A stretch of 61,637 nucleotides of DNA, filler included, from Candidatus Fermentibacterota bacterium (GCA_016928395.1; 3 parts of 3 records of this genome joined end to end with filler, not necessarily neighbours in it), one strand, 5' to 3'. Shown: positions 19,352-28,167, counted from the first letter of the whole stretch. The notes: generated by a model not told the origin, from the sequence alone. A program made the numbers and translations.

Positions 19352-20155
19352 GTGACCTACGAGCAGTTTCTTCGTACAGCACTACCGCTGCTGGGGTACA
19401 ATTGGCAGTGCTTCATGAGCAGAGGCATGCGTCGGAGGATCGCGAGGGCACTGCAGGCGTGGGGCGCCTGTTCCTGGGAGGGCTTCAGCCGGAGTCTTTA
19501 TGATCCAGGTGCACAGCGCGTCCTGACTCGGGCTCTCACGGTGACACTCAGCCTGTTCTGGCGGAACGGGGCCGTGTTCAGATACCTCCAGCAGGTGGTT
19601 CTCCCGGAAATCATGCGCGGACTTGGACCAGGGGAACCGCTGATCGCCTGGTCAGCGGGAACCGCGTCGGGCCAGGAAGCCTATAGCCTGGCCATGGCGG
19701 CCTCAGGGCTCCCAGAGGAGCAGGAAGAGCACCGCCCGGTCTACATCATAGGGAGCGACCTCGACGCCCCCGCGCTGCGTCGAAGTTCAGGCGAGGAATG
19801 GACGAGGGGAGAACTGAAGGAGATTCCTCCGGATCTTCGAGACCGGTTCTTCTCGGACTCGGGCGGCACAACCGCGCTCGATCCTCTACAGCGCCGCAAG
19901 GTTATCCTAATCCAGGCGAATCTCTGGGAATCTCCCCCGCTTCGGTACGCCCACCTTGTCCTTTGCCGCAATGCCATCATGACCTACTTCCACGGAGCAC
20001 CCCGGGAGGAAGCCATGGAACGCATTGTCAGCCTGCTTTCACCCGGGGGGTGGTTGGTGTTGGGGCGGAAGGAGCATTTGCCGAAACGCTGGGCGGCCCG
20101 GTGGGGGCTTGTCCACGCGGGCCGCCGCATCTACAGAAGGGGTGCGGGAGGCTGA
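19352..20155 (+). CDS. CheR-type SAM-dependent methyltransferase
   Basis: VTLSLFWRN, WSAGTASGQEAYSLA, GSDLD, LVLCRNAIMTYF and LSPGGWLVLGRKE match the CheR family. Confidence 0.85.
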   Translation: MTYEQFLRTALPLLGYNWQCFMSRGMRRRIARALQAWGACSWEGFSRSLYDPGAQRVLTRALTVTLSLFWRNGAVFRYLQQVVLPEIMRGLGPGEPLIAWSAGTASGQEAYSLAMAASGLPEEQEEHRPVYIIGSDLDAPALRRSSGEEWTRGELKEIPPDLRDRFFSDSGGTTALDPLQRRKVILIQANLWESPPLRYAHLVLCRNAIMTYFHGAPREEAMERIVSLLSPGGWLVLGRKEHLPKRWAARWGLVHAGRRIYRRGAGG

Positions 20156-20352
20156 CTTTCAGGGTTCAGGCGCCGGGCAGGCCTCGGTATCACCCTTGTG
20201 TTGCCGTTCCGGGTGCGGCCCAGTAGCCGCGCACCCTGTGGGTGGGCTCCGGCGTCCCACCCGGAATAGTCCGTTTTCCTCCGGACCTTCCCTCCCCACC
20301 AGTCATCAGGATATCCGGCAGTTGCTTCTCTTTCCCGTGTGTTCCAAGGAGA

Positions 20353-21567
20353 TCAGTCCTCCCACTCCTCGACGCATTCGATCCTCAGCCCCTTGAGTTC
20401 ATCGAGGATCGGCTCATACAGCTCGCGCACCACCGGAATATGCACACCGGTCAGGCGTATGTGACCGTCCAGCAGTAGCTTTGTGCCCACCGCCGCCGGA
20501 AGACTCACAGTCTTGGACATGGCGGAATCGCCTTCCGGCTCACCACAGGCGACCAAGGTTGAGGTGATACGCCGCAGGGCGGACCGGCCCGGATAGGAGA
20601 CGAGGAACTCGTGCAGGAGCACGATCATGTCCTTCTCACCTTTCCGGTAGGGCATCATCTCGGCCAAGCGCATCGCCAGTGCATCCGCCAGGGACTCGGC
20701 GCCGCGCGGGATGGGCCGGTTGTCCAGCAATCCCATCCAGGCGATGTTGTTCATCTCAAGACTCTGTGGGTGGAGCGCCAGGAAGCGGGCCACGGCGCCG
20801 CGGGCGTCTTCGCCGGGCATCCTGCCTGCCATCTCCCCCACCAGCGAACCGAAGGTAAAAGTGTGCAGGTCGGCGCGTGGCGTTGGATTCACGATCCCCA
20901 ACTCCACCAGTTTCTGCCACGTGGCGCACCAGCCCAGGTTCCGGAGCGTGCCGCGAAACATGGTGTGCACGCCATGGAGGCCATACGTCTCGATGTAGCT
21001 CACCGAGTCACGATTGGGGTAGCCTTCCAACTCGCCCACGCCGGCCGCGAACACGGGCCAATGGGTGGCGAAAAGGCGAGTATTGGGGATCTCCTTCAAA
21101 TGCCCATCCTCGATGAACTTCGCGCTATTGGTCCCTGCCAACACCACGCCCTTGGGGCTCCAGGAAAACTTGTACCCAAGTGGGTTGTCGTTGTCGTCGG
21201 GAGAGGGGAGACCTCCGCAGTAAGATCGGAATGACACCACGGTCCCGCCGCCATCCTTCACTGCCTCGATCACCCGCATGGCCGACATGTGATCAATGCC
21301 GGGGTCCAAGCCCAGTTCATTGAGGAACAGGAGGCCGGCTTCCTTAGCCGCCCCGTCCAGAGCCTGCATCTCGGGCTTCACATAGCTTGTGGTGACCAGA
21401 TGACGCTTGTGGGCAAGGCATTTCCGGGCAACATCGAGGTGAAACACATAGGGCAACAGGCTGATCACGACGTCGCTTTGGGCGATGAGGGCGTCCAGGG
21501 CAGCCATGCCGCCCGAGGCATTGACATCCAGGGCTACAGCACTTCCCCGGGGGTGTGCGCCCAGGAT
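20353..21567 (-). CDS. Saccharopine dehydrogenase family protein (5' truncated at contig end)
   Basis: VISLLPY, VTTSYV, NELGLDPGIDHMSA, SYCGGLP, YKFSWSP, YPNRDS and RGTLR; frame is open to the gap. Confidence 0.93.
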   Translation of the reverse strand: MLGAHPRGSAVALDVNASGGMAALDALIAQSDVVISLLPYVFHLDVARKCLAHKRHLVTTSYVKPEMQALDGAAKEAGLLFLNELGLDPGIDHMSAMRVIEAVKDGGGTVVSFRSYCGGLPSPDDNDNPLGYKFSWSPKGVVLAGTNSAKFIEDGHLKEIPNTRLFATHWPVFAAGVGELEGYPNRDSVSYIETYGLHGVHTMFRGTLRNLGWCATWQKLVELGIVNPTPRADLHTFTFGSLVGEMAGRMPGEDARGAVARFLALHPQSLEMNNIAWMGLLDNRPIPRGAESLADALAMRLAEMMPYRKGEKDMIVLLHEFLVSYPGRSALRRITSTLVACGEPEGDSAMSKTVSLPAAVGTKLLLDGHIRLTGVHIPVVRELYEPILDELKGLRIECVEEWED

Positions 21568-21667
21568 NNNNNNNNNNNNNNNNNNNNNNNNNNNNNNNNN
21601 NNNNNNNNNNNTTAATTAATTAANNNNNNNNNNNNNNNNNNNNNNNNNNNNNNNNNNNNNNNNNNNN
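21568..21667. other. Artificial contig-joining linker
   Basis: 100-nt N run containing TTAATTAATTAA (21612-21623), which gives stops in all six frames. Confidence 0.97.
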
Positions 21668-21824
21668 ATCCGGCATCATGCGCCCTCACCCCGCACCCGC
21701 GGATGCGGGGGATGAGGGTGATGGGTGCCGCGTGGAGTGAAGTTACAGCTTAGTCGGGCCTCTGAGGGCCAGGTCTCCGTTGCGATATCCCCCGCCGAAC
21801 CGTTCCCCGATCTTCGTTCGTGCT

Positions 21825-21853
21825 TTGACGTTAGACCCGATGAGAGCTACCTT
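21825..21853 (+). promoter_or_regulatory. Candidate sigma70 promoter of glnA-gatE-gatD
   Basis: TTGACG (21825-21830), 17-nt spacer, TACCTT (21848-21853); SD AAGGAG precedes ATG 21912. Confidence 0.55.
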
Positions 21854-21911
21854 GAAGCCCCCTTGCCGATATGCCGTGTATGGCTCGTCTCGATTGATAA
21901 AGGAGCCCCCG

Positions 21912-23345
21912 ATGTTCTCCTCGCTTGAAGAACTCCAACAGTATGTGAAGTCTGAAGAGATCCAGGCCATCGATCTACGTTTCGTGGATCTGTTAGGCGC
22001 CTGGCATCATATCACCATCCCGGCCCGAGCCGCCAATGATGAACTGATGGAAAAGGGCGTCGGGTTTGACAGCGGAAGCATTCCCGGCTTCCGCACGGTG
22101 GAATCAGGCGACATGGTGCTCATTCCCGATCTCTCCACGGCATTCGTTGATCCGTTTCCCTCAGTGGCCACCGTGTGCCTGATTTGCACCATCGCTGAGG
22201 CTGATACCCGCGCGACCGTGCCCAATGATCCACGAACCGTTGCCTTGGCTGCGGAGCGCTACCTGGCCGGCAGCACATTCGCGACGAGTTCCATCTGGGG
22301 GCCCGAGTTTGAGTTCTACGTGTTCGATCGGGCCCGCTACAATGACTCCGGCACCTTCCTGCTGGCCGACGTCTTCTCCCAGGAATCGCACGCATTCCTC
22401 GAAGGAGAGATGCTGGCGCACGAAGGCTATCAGATGGGCGCCCAGAAGGGATATCACGCCATTCCTCCTCTCGACAGCCTGGCCGACTGGCGCAGCGAGC
22501 TCATGGAACTCCTGGAGGATGCCGGAGTACCCGTCAAGTACCATCATCACGAAGTGGGGGCATCCGGCCAATGCGAAGTCGAGGTCGATATGGGGCCTTT
22601 GACTGTCATGGCTGACCGTACGATGATTCTCAAGTACTTCGTTCACATGCTGGCCGCGCGCTACGGCAAGCTGGCGACCTTCATGCCCAAGCCCATTTAC
22701 GGCGAGGCCGGCAGCGGTATGCATTTCCACCAGATGCTACGCCGGGGTGACGAGCCGGTATTCTATGATGAGAAGGGGTATGGAGGGTTCAGTGGGCTTG
22801 GGCTTTCCTATATCGCGGGGATCCTCGATCACGGACGCTCTCTGGGCGCCATCACCAACCCCAGCACCAACTCCTATAAGCGCCTCATTCCCGGGTTCGA
22901 AGCGCCCGTCAAGCTGTTCTTCAGCCTTGCCAACCGCAGCGCGGCCATCCGTATCCCCAAGTATGCAACGGCACCCCTTGACAAACGCATGGAGTATCGG
23001 CCGCCGGATGCGACGTGTAACCCCTATTTGGCCATGTCGGGAATGCTTCTCGCCGGCATCGACGGGATGCGCCGCGGCCTCGACCCCTCCGCTATGAACT
23101 TCGGGCCCTTCGATCAAGATCTCTTCCACCATCCCGACGAGGAGTTCAAGAGGAGCATCCGCTCGGTCCCGGTCTCGCTGGAGGAAGCCATGGAGGCGCT
23201 CATGGCGGATCAGGGATACCTGGTGGATGGCGGCGTGTTTCCCGCATCTCTCCTGGCAACGCTGGTGAGCATCAAGTCCAAGGAGGCACGATCGGTCGCG
23301 GATCGCCCCCATCCCCATGAGTTCGCGCTGTACTTCAATGCGTGA
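21912..23345 (+). CDS. glnA: Type I glutamine synthetase
   Basis: GPEFEFYVF, HHHEVG, ATFMPKP..GEAGSGMHFHQ, NSYKRLIPGFEAP, NRSAAIRIP and EYRPPD. Confidence 0.97.
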   Translation: MFSSLEELQQYVKSEEIQAIDLRFVDLLGAWHHITIPARAANDELMEKGVGFDSGSIPGFRTVESGDMVLIPDLSTAFVDPFPSVATVCLICTIAEADTRATVPNDPRTVALAAERYLAGSTFATSSIWGPEFEFYVFDRARYNDSGTFLLADVFSQESHAFLEGEMLAHEGYQMGAQKGYHAIPPLDSLADWRSELMELLEDAGVPVKYHHHEVGASGQCEVEVDMGPLTVMADRTMILKYFVHMLAARYGKLATFMPKPIYGEAGSGMHFHQMLRRGDEPVFYDEKGYGGFSGLGLSYIAGILDHGRSLGAITNPSTNSYKRLIPGFEAPVKLFFSLANRSAAIRIPKYATAPLDKRMEYRPPDATCNPYLAMSGMLLAGIDGMRRGLDPSAMNFGPFDQDLFHHPDEEFKRSIRSVPVSLEEAMEALMADQGYLVDGGVFPASLLATLVSIKSKEARSVADRPHPHEFALYFNA

Positions 23346-25254
23346 TCTTCCTAATCCGGACTTTCTGCAGGAGGGATTTCCGCTTGGCGATCTCATACCC
23401 CCGGCACGGCGTATCCCCCGCCCGCTTTATCTCAGCGCGGAGGAATATGCCGCCTTGGGGCTCAAGTGCGGCATCGAAGTACACCAGCAGCTCCTGACCG
23501 CCGGCAAGCTGTTCTGCCGTTGCCCGGCGCGGCGTTACTCCCTTGATCACCATGCGTCGGTCCTGCGCCACATGCGACCGACCCTGAGCGAGCTGGGAGA
23601 ATATGACGGCACCGCGTTGATGGAGTTCAAGACCAAGAAGAATATCACCTACATGTTGAACCGGGAATCCGTCTGCACCTACGAGATGGACGACACGCCT
23701 CCCTTCCCCATGGACCAGCGCGCACTGCAGATAGCCATCGAGATTGCTTTGGTACTGCGTTGCCGCATGGTGAGCGAGATCCATATCGCCCGGAAGCAGT
23801 ACCTGGACGGCAGTATACCTACGGGATTCCAGCGCACCACCATCGTCGGCGTCGAAGGCATGGTACCCTTCGGCGACAGGGCCATCAGGATTATTCAGCT
23901 CGGACTGGAGGAAGATGCCTGCCGGGAGGTGAGTGATCGCGGGCACGACCGGTATTACCGAACTGATCGATTGGGCATGCCGCTTATCGAGACGGTCACC
24001 TATCCCGAGCTCTTCACGCCGTGGGAGGCGGTCTGGTTTGGACAGCTTCACCGCTTGCTGCTTCGAACCACGGGCAAGGTACGACGCGGCATCGGGGCCG
24101 CCAGGCAGGATGTCAATGTCTCAGTCGCAGGTGGCAGAAGGGTCGAGATCAAGGGCGTCGAACGAATTCCTTTGTGGGGGCCCCTCATCCATTACGAGGC
24201 CCTGCGCCAGAGAGGGCTCTTGTCCCTGAGGGATGAAGCCTCACGCCGTGGCAATCCGGCCCAGTGGCTCACCACCACCGTACCTGTCGATCCCGGCACT
24301 GTGTCGACGCTGTTGCCGCCGTCATGGGACACTGCCAAACCCATGGCGGTGGTAGTCTTGCCCGGATTCCGCAGCTTGCTCGCGTGGCCCTTGGGCGGTA
24401 CCCGGACATTCGCCCACGAGATCTCCGATCGCGTGAGAGTGGTGGCCTGCATCGACCGCCCCAATCTCGTCCATTCTGACGACGTGCCCGAGGCCTGGAC
24501 TGCCCTGCGGTCCCTCGCGGGCGCAGGAGAGGATGATGCACTGGTACTCCTGGGAGGCAATGAAGAAGACCTTGTCACGGCCTGCAGGGAGGTCGCCGAC
24601 CGTTGTCGCGAGGCGTGGGACGGCGTCCCGTCGGAAACCCGCCAGGTGCTGCCTGACGGGACGACAGGCTTCGAGCGAATACTTCCCGGCCCCGACCGGA
24701 TGTACCCCGACACTGATCTTCCGCCCATTGAGGTGCCGCCTGAGCGGATCGAGTCAGTCCAAAGGGACCTTCCAATGCCTCCGTGGGAGCGTGCGAATAG
24801 ACTCAGAGCTGCGGGCCTGTCTACGCGTAGTGCGGGATACCTGGCCAGACGGCGCGACGCAACTGCAGTTTTTCGGGTTCTTACGAACTCAGGGCGCGAT
24901 CTCTCTGAGGCTCTGGTGCAGGCCTTTGTCGCCATGTGGGACTCTGGGGGGAATCGTGACGAACGGGTGGCCTGCCAGGTGATCGAGGCGGCCTGCGACG
25001 GAGTGATTCACCCCAAGGCCATGCCTGCCCTTTTCCACCTCCTGCGGGCGAAGCCCCATGATGACTATGAAGCACTAGCCCGCGAGCATGGCCTCAGTCT
25101 GCTTTCAGCGGACGACATCGGTCCGATGATCGCTGAGGAACTGAGCGAAGGCAAGAAGGAGGGCCTGTTCGTGCGCATCATGAAGAGGCTCGGCCCTCGG
25201 GTTCAGGCACATACGGTCCTCGATCTCCTGGAAGATCAGGGAGTGGCGCCATGA
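23338..25254 (+). CDS. gatE: Glu-tRNA(Gln) amidotransferase subunit E (archaeal-type GatE)
   Basis: GLKCGIEVHQQL, LRHMRPTLSELGEYD, YEMDDTPP, RKQYLDGSIPTGFQRT, LEEDACR, DRLGMPLIE, GKVRRGIGAARQDVNVS, RVEIKGV, AspRS-like insertion LPGFRSLL and PGPDRMYPDTD. These are GatE rather than GatB signatures. Confidence 0.93.
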   Translation: MRDLPNPDFLQEGFPLGDLIPPARRIPRPLYLSAEEYAALGLKCGIEVHQQLLTAGKLFCRCPARRYSLDHHASVLRHMRPTLSELGEYDGTALMEFKTKKNITYMLNRESVCTYEMDDTPPFPMDQRALQIAIEIALVLRCRMVSEIHIARKQYLDGSIPTGFQRTTIVGVEGMVPFGDRAIRIIQLGLEEDACREVSDRGHDRYYRTDRLGMPLIETVTYPELFTPWEAVWFGQLHRLLLRTTGKVRRGIGAARQDVNVSVAGGRRVEIKGVERIPLWGPLIHYEALRQRGLLSLRDEASRRGNPAQWLTTTVPVDPGTVSTLLPPSWDTAKPMAVVVLPGFRSLLAWPLGGTRTFAHEISDRVRVVACIDRPNLVHSDDVPEAWTALRSLAGAGEDDALVLLGGNEEDLVTACREVADRCREAWDGVPSETRQVLPDGTTGFERILPGPDRMYPDTDLPPIEVPPERIESVQRDLPMPPWERANRLRAAGLSTRSAGYLARRRDATAVFRVLTNSGRDLSEALVQAFVAMWDSGGNRDERVACQVIEAACDGVIHPKAMPALFHLLRAKPHDDYEALAREHGLSLLSADDIGPMIAEELSEGKKEGLFVRIMKRLGPRVQAHTVLDLLEDQGVAP

Positions 25255-26639
25255 GTGCAGACGAACGCTTCAAGGGGTATCGCGGCCCCGCGCGCGCACT
25301 TCTGGAGCGGGAGAATGTCGGCGTCTGGTCTGATGTGGAGGTTGCCACCTCCCGGGGGCCCTTCGCCGGCATTATTTTGCCGAGGAGCGAACAGGCGGAC
25401 GATCGCCATCTCGTCATCAAGCTCCGAAACGGCTACAATGTAGGTCTCGCCACCAATCTGGTGGAGCGCATCACCGAAATTGGGCGACGCGAAGCCCACT
25501 ACAAGATTCCCGAGAAGGAGTTCCCTTTCGATCCCGGGAGACCACGGGTGAAGCTCATCGGTACGGGCGGTACCATCGCCAGCAGGCTCGACTACCGGAC
25601 CGGGGCCGTGATCCCGGCGTTTTCCCCTGGTGAGTTGTATGGGTCGGTACCTGAGCTGGCGGACATCTGCAATCTGGAGACCGAGAAACTCTATGCCGTG
25701 TTCAGCGAGAATATGGGGCCGGAGCAATGGCTGGGCACGGCCCGAGCCATCGCATCGGAGATGAACAAGGGCGTCGCCGGCATCGTGGTCGGCCACGGCA
25801 CGGACACCATGCACCATACCGCGGGCGTCCTCTCCTTCATGCTCCAGAACCTCCCGGCGCCGGTGGTGATCGTGGGATCCCAGCGGTCCAGCGATCGGCC
25901 CTCGTCCGATGCGGCCCTGAACCTCATTCATGCAACACGAACCGCGGCGTGGGGCGACATCGCGGAGGTCATGGTCTGCATGTTCGGCCCCACCAGCGAC
26001 GAGTATGGGTTGCTGCATCGCGGCACCCGTGTGCGCAAGATGCATTCATCCTACCGGTCGACCTTCCGAACCCTGGGTGACATTCCCCTGGCCCGGGTCG
26101 ATCGGAAGGGGGTCTATCCTCTCCGGGATGACTATCACCGCCGCGGCGCGTCGCCCAAGGTGCACCTGGCAGATCACTTCGACGACCGCGTTTCCATCGT
26201 CTACTACTATCCCGGCATGAAGCCCGACGTCATTGACGCGCTCATCGACCACGGGTATCGCGGCATCGTCATTGCCGGCACCGGTCTGGGACACGTCAAT
26301 AAACCGTTGTACCCGGCACTGAAGCGGGCCCAGGAGGCGAAGGTCGCCATCTTCATGACGGTGCAGACACTCTGGGGCTACGTGCAGATGTACGTCTATG
26401 ACACCGGGCGCGACATGATGGCCCTGGGCGTGGTACCCGCCGCCAACATGCTCCCCGAGGTTGCGTACATGAAACTGGGCTGGGCTTTGGGAAAGACAGA
26501 CGACCTGGAGGAAATCGGCCGCATCATGCTGACTCCCGTGGCTGGCGAGATCACCGCCCGTGAGCCCTTCGACGGCTACCTGATCTACCAGGGGGGCATT
26601 CCGGAAATCGAGGCCTTCCTCAAGGGTGTGCTGCGCTAG
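25251..26639 (+). CDS. gatD: Glu-tRNA(Gln) amidotransferase subunit D (archaeal-type GatD)
   Basis: GatD N-terminal domain (GIILPR..VIKLRNGYNVG), then GTGGTIASRLDYRTGAV, VFSENM, HGTDT, GSQRSSDRPSSD, HRGTRVRKMHSS, GTGLGH and MLPEVAYMKLGWALG. Confidence 0.95.
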   Translation: MSADERFKGYRGPARALLERENVGVWSDVEVATSRGPFAGIILPRSEQADDRHLVIKLRNGYNVGLATNLVERITEIGRREAHYKIPEKEFPFDPGRPRVKLIGTGGTIASRLDYRTGAVIPAFSPGELYGSVPELADICNLETEKLYAVFSENMGPEQWLGTARAIASEMNKGVAGIVVGHGTDTMHHTAGVLSFMLQNLPAPVVIVGSQRSSDRPSSDAALNLIHATRTAAWGDIAEVMVCMFGPTSDEYGLLHRGTRVRKMHSSYRSTFRTLGDIPLARVDRKGVYPLRDDYHRRGASPKVHLADHFDDRVSIVYYYPGMKPDVIDALIDHGYRGIVIAGTGLGHVNKPLYPALKRAQEAKVAIFMTVQTLWGYVQMYVYDTGRDMMALGVVPAANMLPEVAYMKLGWALGKTDDLEEIGRIMLTPVAGEITAREPFDGYLIYQGGIPEIEAFLKGVLR

Positions 26640-26776
26640 CCCGGGTCACGTTCCGTCGGCCTGTCTGAGTCAGCCCTCCATCGGTCGGAGGCGTGTGGTG
26701 CGAGAGGCGACGGAAGTCAGAGTTTTGGCGGGGCTCCCAGAGGCCGTGCCCTCAGAAGCCCGGCGCAACGGCGTTC

Positions 26777-26810
26777 CTGGCCACTATTCTAATATTAGAA
26801 TAGTGGCCAG
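26777..26810. repeat. Perfect 34-bp palindrome
   Basis: CTGGCCACTATTCTAAT|ATTAGAATAGTGGCCAG is its own reverse complement. Confidence 0.97.
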
Positions 26811-27012
26811 AGACCACCTCCGGGCTGTGGGCTGCCGGTGGCCCACGCTCAGTATCGGGTTCATTCGTACGGCCACGTAGTGAGAGCAGGGCGACCGAGC
26901 AACGGGCGAGCGATGAGGGCAACTACCCGCTGCGATATCTCACCGATCGAGGGACACAGTGTGTTGGGATAAGGCGACGGTCGAAGGCGCGCAGTAGGGT
27001 GAATCCGAGGAT

Positions 27013-28113
27013 CTAGAACAACGGAGTCGGCAAGCTCAGTTCGGCCATGCTGTCCAGCACGAACAGGTCGGTCATGCCCGCCATGAAATCGATGACACGG
27101 CGTGAGGCTGGGGCGTTTTCTGCGTCGTGTACCGCTGCATAGCGGTTACGGTAGTGTGCATACACCTCCTCCAGCCGTAGTCGCGGTCTGCTGCGCCGCA
27201 GCTCGTCCGCTTCAAACTCAAGGAGGAACTGAAACAGCCACTTGAGGATCCGTTCGCAGTGCTCGTGATACGCCAGAAGCCTCTCGTTGCGGTAGATGTG
27301 CGCAAAGCTAAAGGCAAACAGCTCACGCATGAGATCGTACTTCTGCTCTGACAGGGCGATGCCCCGATCTGGCGACGATGTGCCGATGAGGTCCACAACG
27401 AACGCGTCGATGATCTCCCCATTGCGCGTCCCCAAATTGGCGCGCACCGCGGCGGGAACCGACCCGAGCTCGATGATGCCTGCCTCCACGGCGTCTTCCA
27501 CGTCACGGCCCAGATAGGCCACCTTGTCTGCCATGCGCACAGCGCACCCTTCCCAGGTGATGGGGTAGGTCTTGAGCCAACGATCGCGATCCACCGTCTC
27601 CAATGCCAACGGCTCCTCTCGGGGGCACAGGCTCTGTTCGAAGCGTTCGCCGCAATGGAACAGCACGCCGTCCCGCACCGCGTAGGTAAGATTCAGGCCT
27701 TTGCCGCCATTGCACAGGCAATCGAGCACCCTGAGGCTGTGAATCTCATGGACAAACCCGCCGCACTCTTCGGCCAGGGAATCCAGTATCTCCTCTCCGG
27801 TATGACCAAAAGGTGCATGGCCCACGTCGTGACCCAAGCCGATGGCTTCGGCCAGCTCCGGATCCAGGGAAAACCCTTTGGCATTGAGACCCTTGCAGAT
27901 GGTGGCGCCGATGGTGGCCACGTGCAGCACATGCTCGATGCGCGTGCAGATATGATCGTTCCTCGGCGCGAAGAACACCTGGGTCTTATGCTTCAGGCGG
28001 CGGAAAGGCGAACTGTGGATTATGGCAGTCTGGTCTCGGAAGTAGGGGCCCCGGGCGTCGTCCGCCCTGGCCACGAAACGGCGCCTGGCCTCGGGTGAAC
28101 TCCCCGCCAACAT
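27013..28113 (-). CDS. dgt: HD-domain dNTP triphosphohydrolase (dGTPase-like)
   Basis: FRRLKHKTQVF, TRIEHVLHV, GHDVGHAPFGHTGE, ADKVAY and IDFMAGMTD. Confidence 0.9.
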   Translation of the reverse strand: MLAGSSPEARRRFVARADDARGPYFRDQTAIIHSSPFRRLKHKTQVFFAPRNDHICTRIEHVLHVATIGATICKGLNAKGFSLDPELAEAIGLGHDVGHAPFGHTGEEILDSLAEECGGFVHEIHSLRVLDCLCNGGKGLNLTYAVRDGVLFHCGERFEQSLCPREEPLALETVDRDRWLKTYPITWEGCAVRMADKVAYLGRDVEDAVEAGIIELGSVPAAVRANLGTRNGEIIDAFVVDLIGTSSPDRGIALSEQKYDLMRELFAFSFAHIYRNERLLAYHEHCERILKWLFQFLLEFEADELRRSRPRLRLEEVYAHYRNRYAAVHDAENAPASRRVIDFMAGMTDLFVLDSMAELSLPTPLF

Positions 28114-28167
28114 CAGAAGACTCCCCCATCTGCGCGCGGTGTCGGAGAAACGCTCATCATGGGCGTC

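Noticed and set aside
21568-21667. TTAATTAATTAA palindrome inside N runs (also at 47022-47121)
   Set aside because: Identical 100-nt linkers used to concatenate contigs; they are not biological, and synteny across them is meaningless.
21668-21911. Glutamine riboswitch or other leader upstream of glnA
   Set aside because: No recognisable consensus, and the candidate promoter leaves only a short leader of about 50 nt.
23338-26639. Reading the pair as ordinary bacterial gatB plus L-asparaginase
   Set aside because: It lacks GatB motifs such as the YFYPD-type segment, and has GatE-specific motifs, the insertion domain and the GatD N-terminal domain; no gatA or gatC is adjacent.
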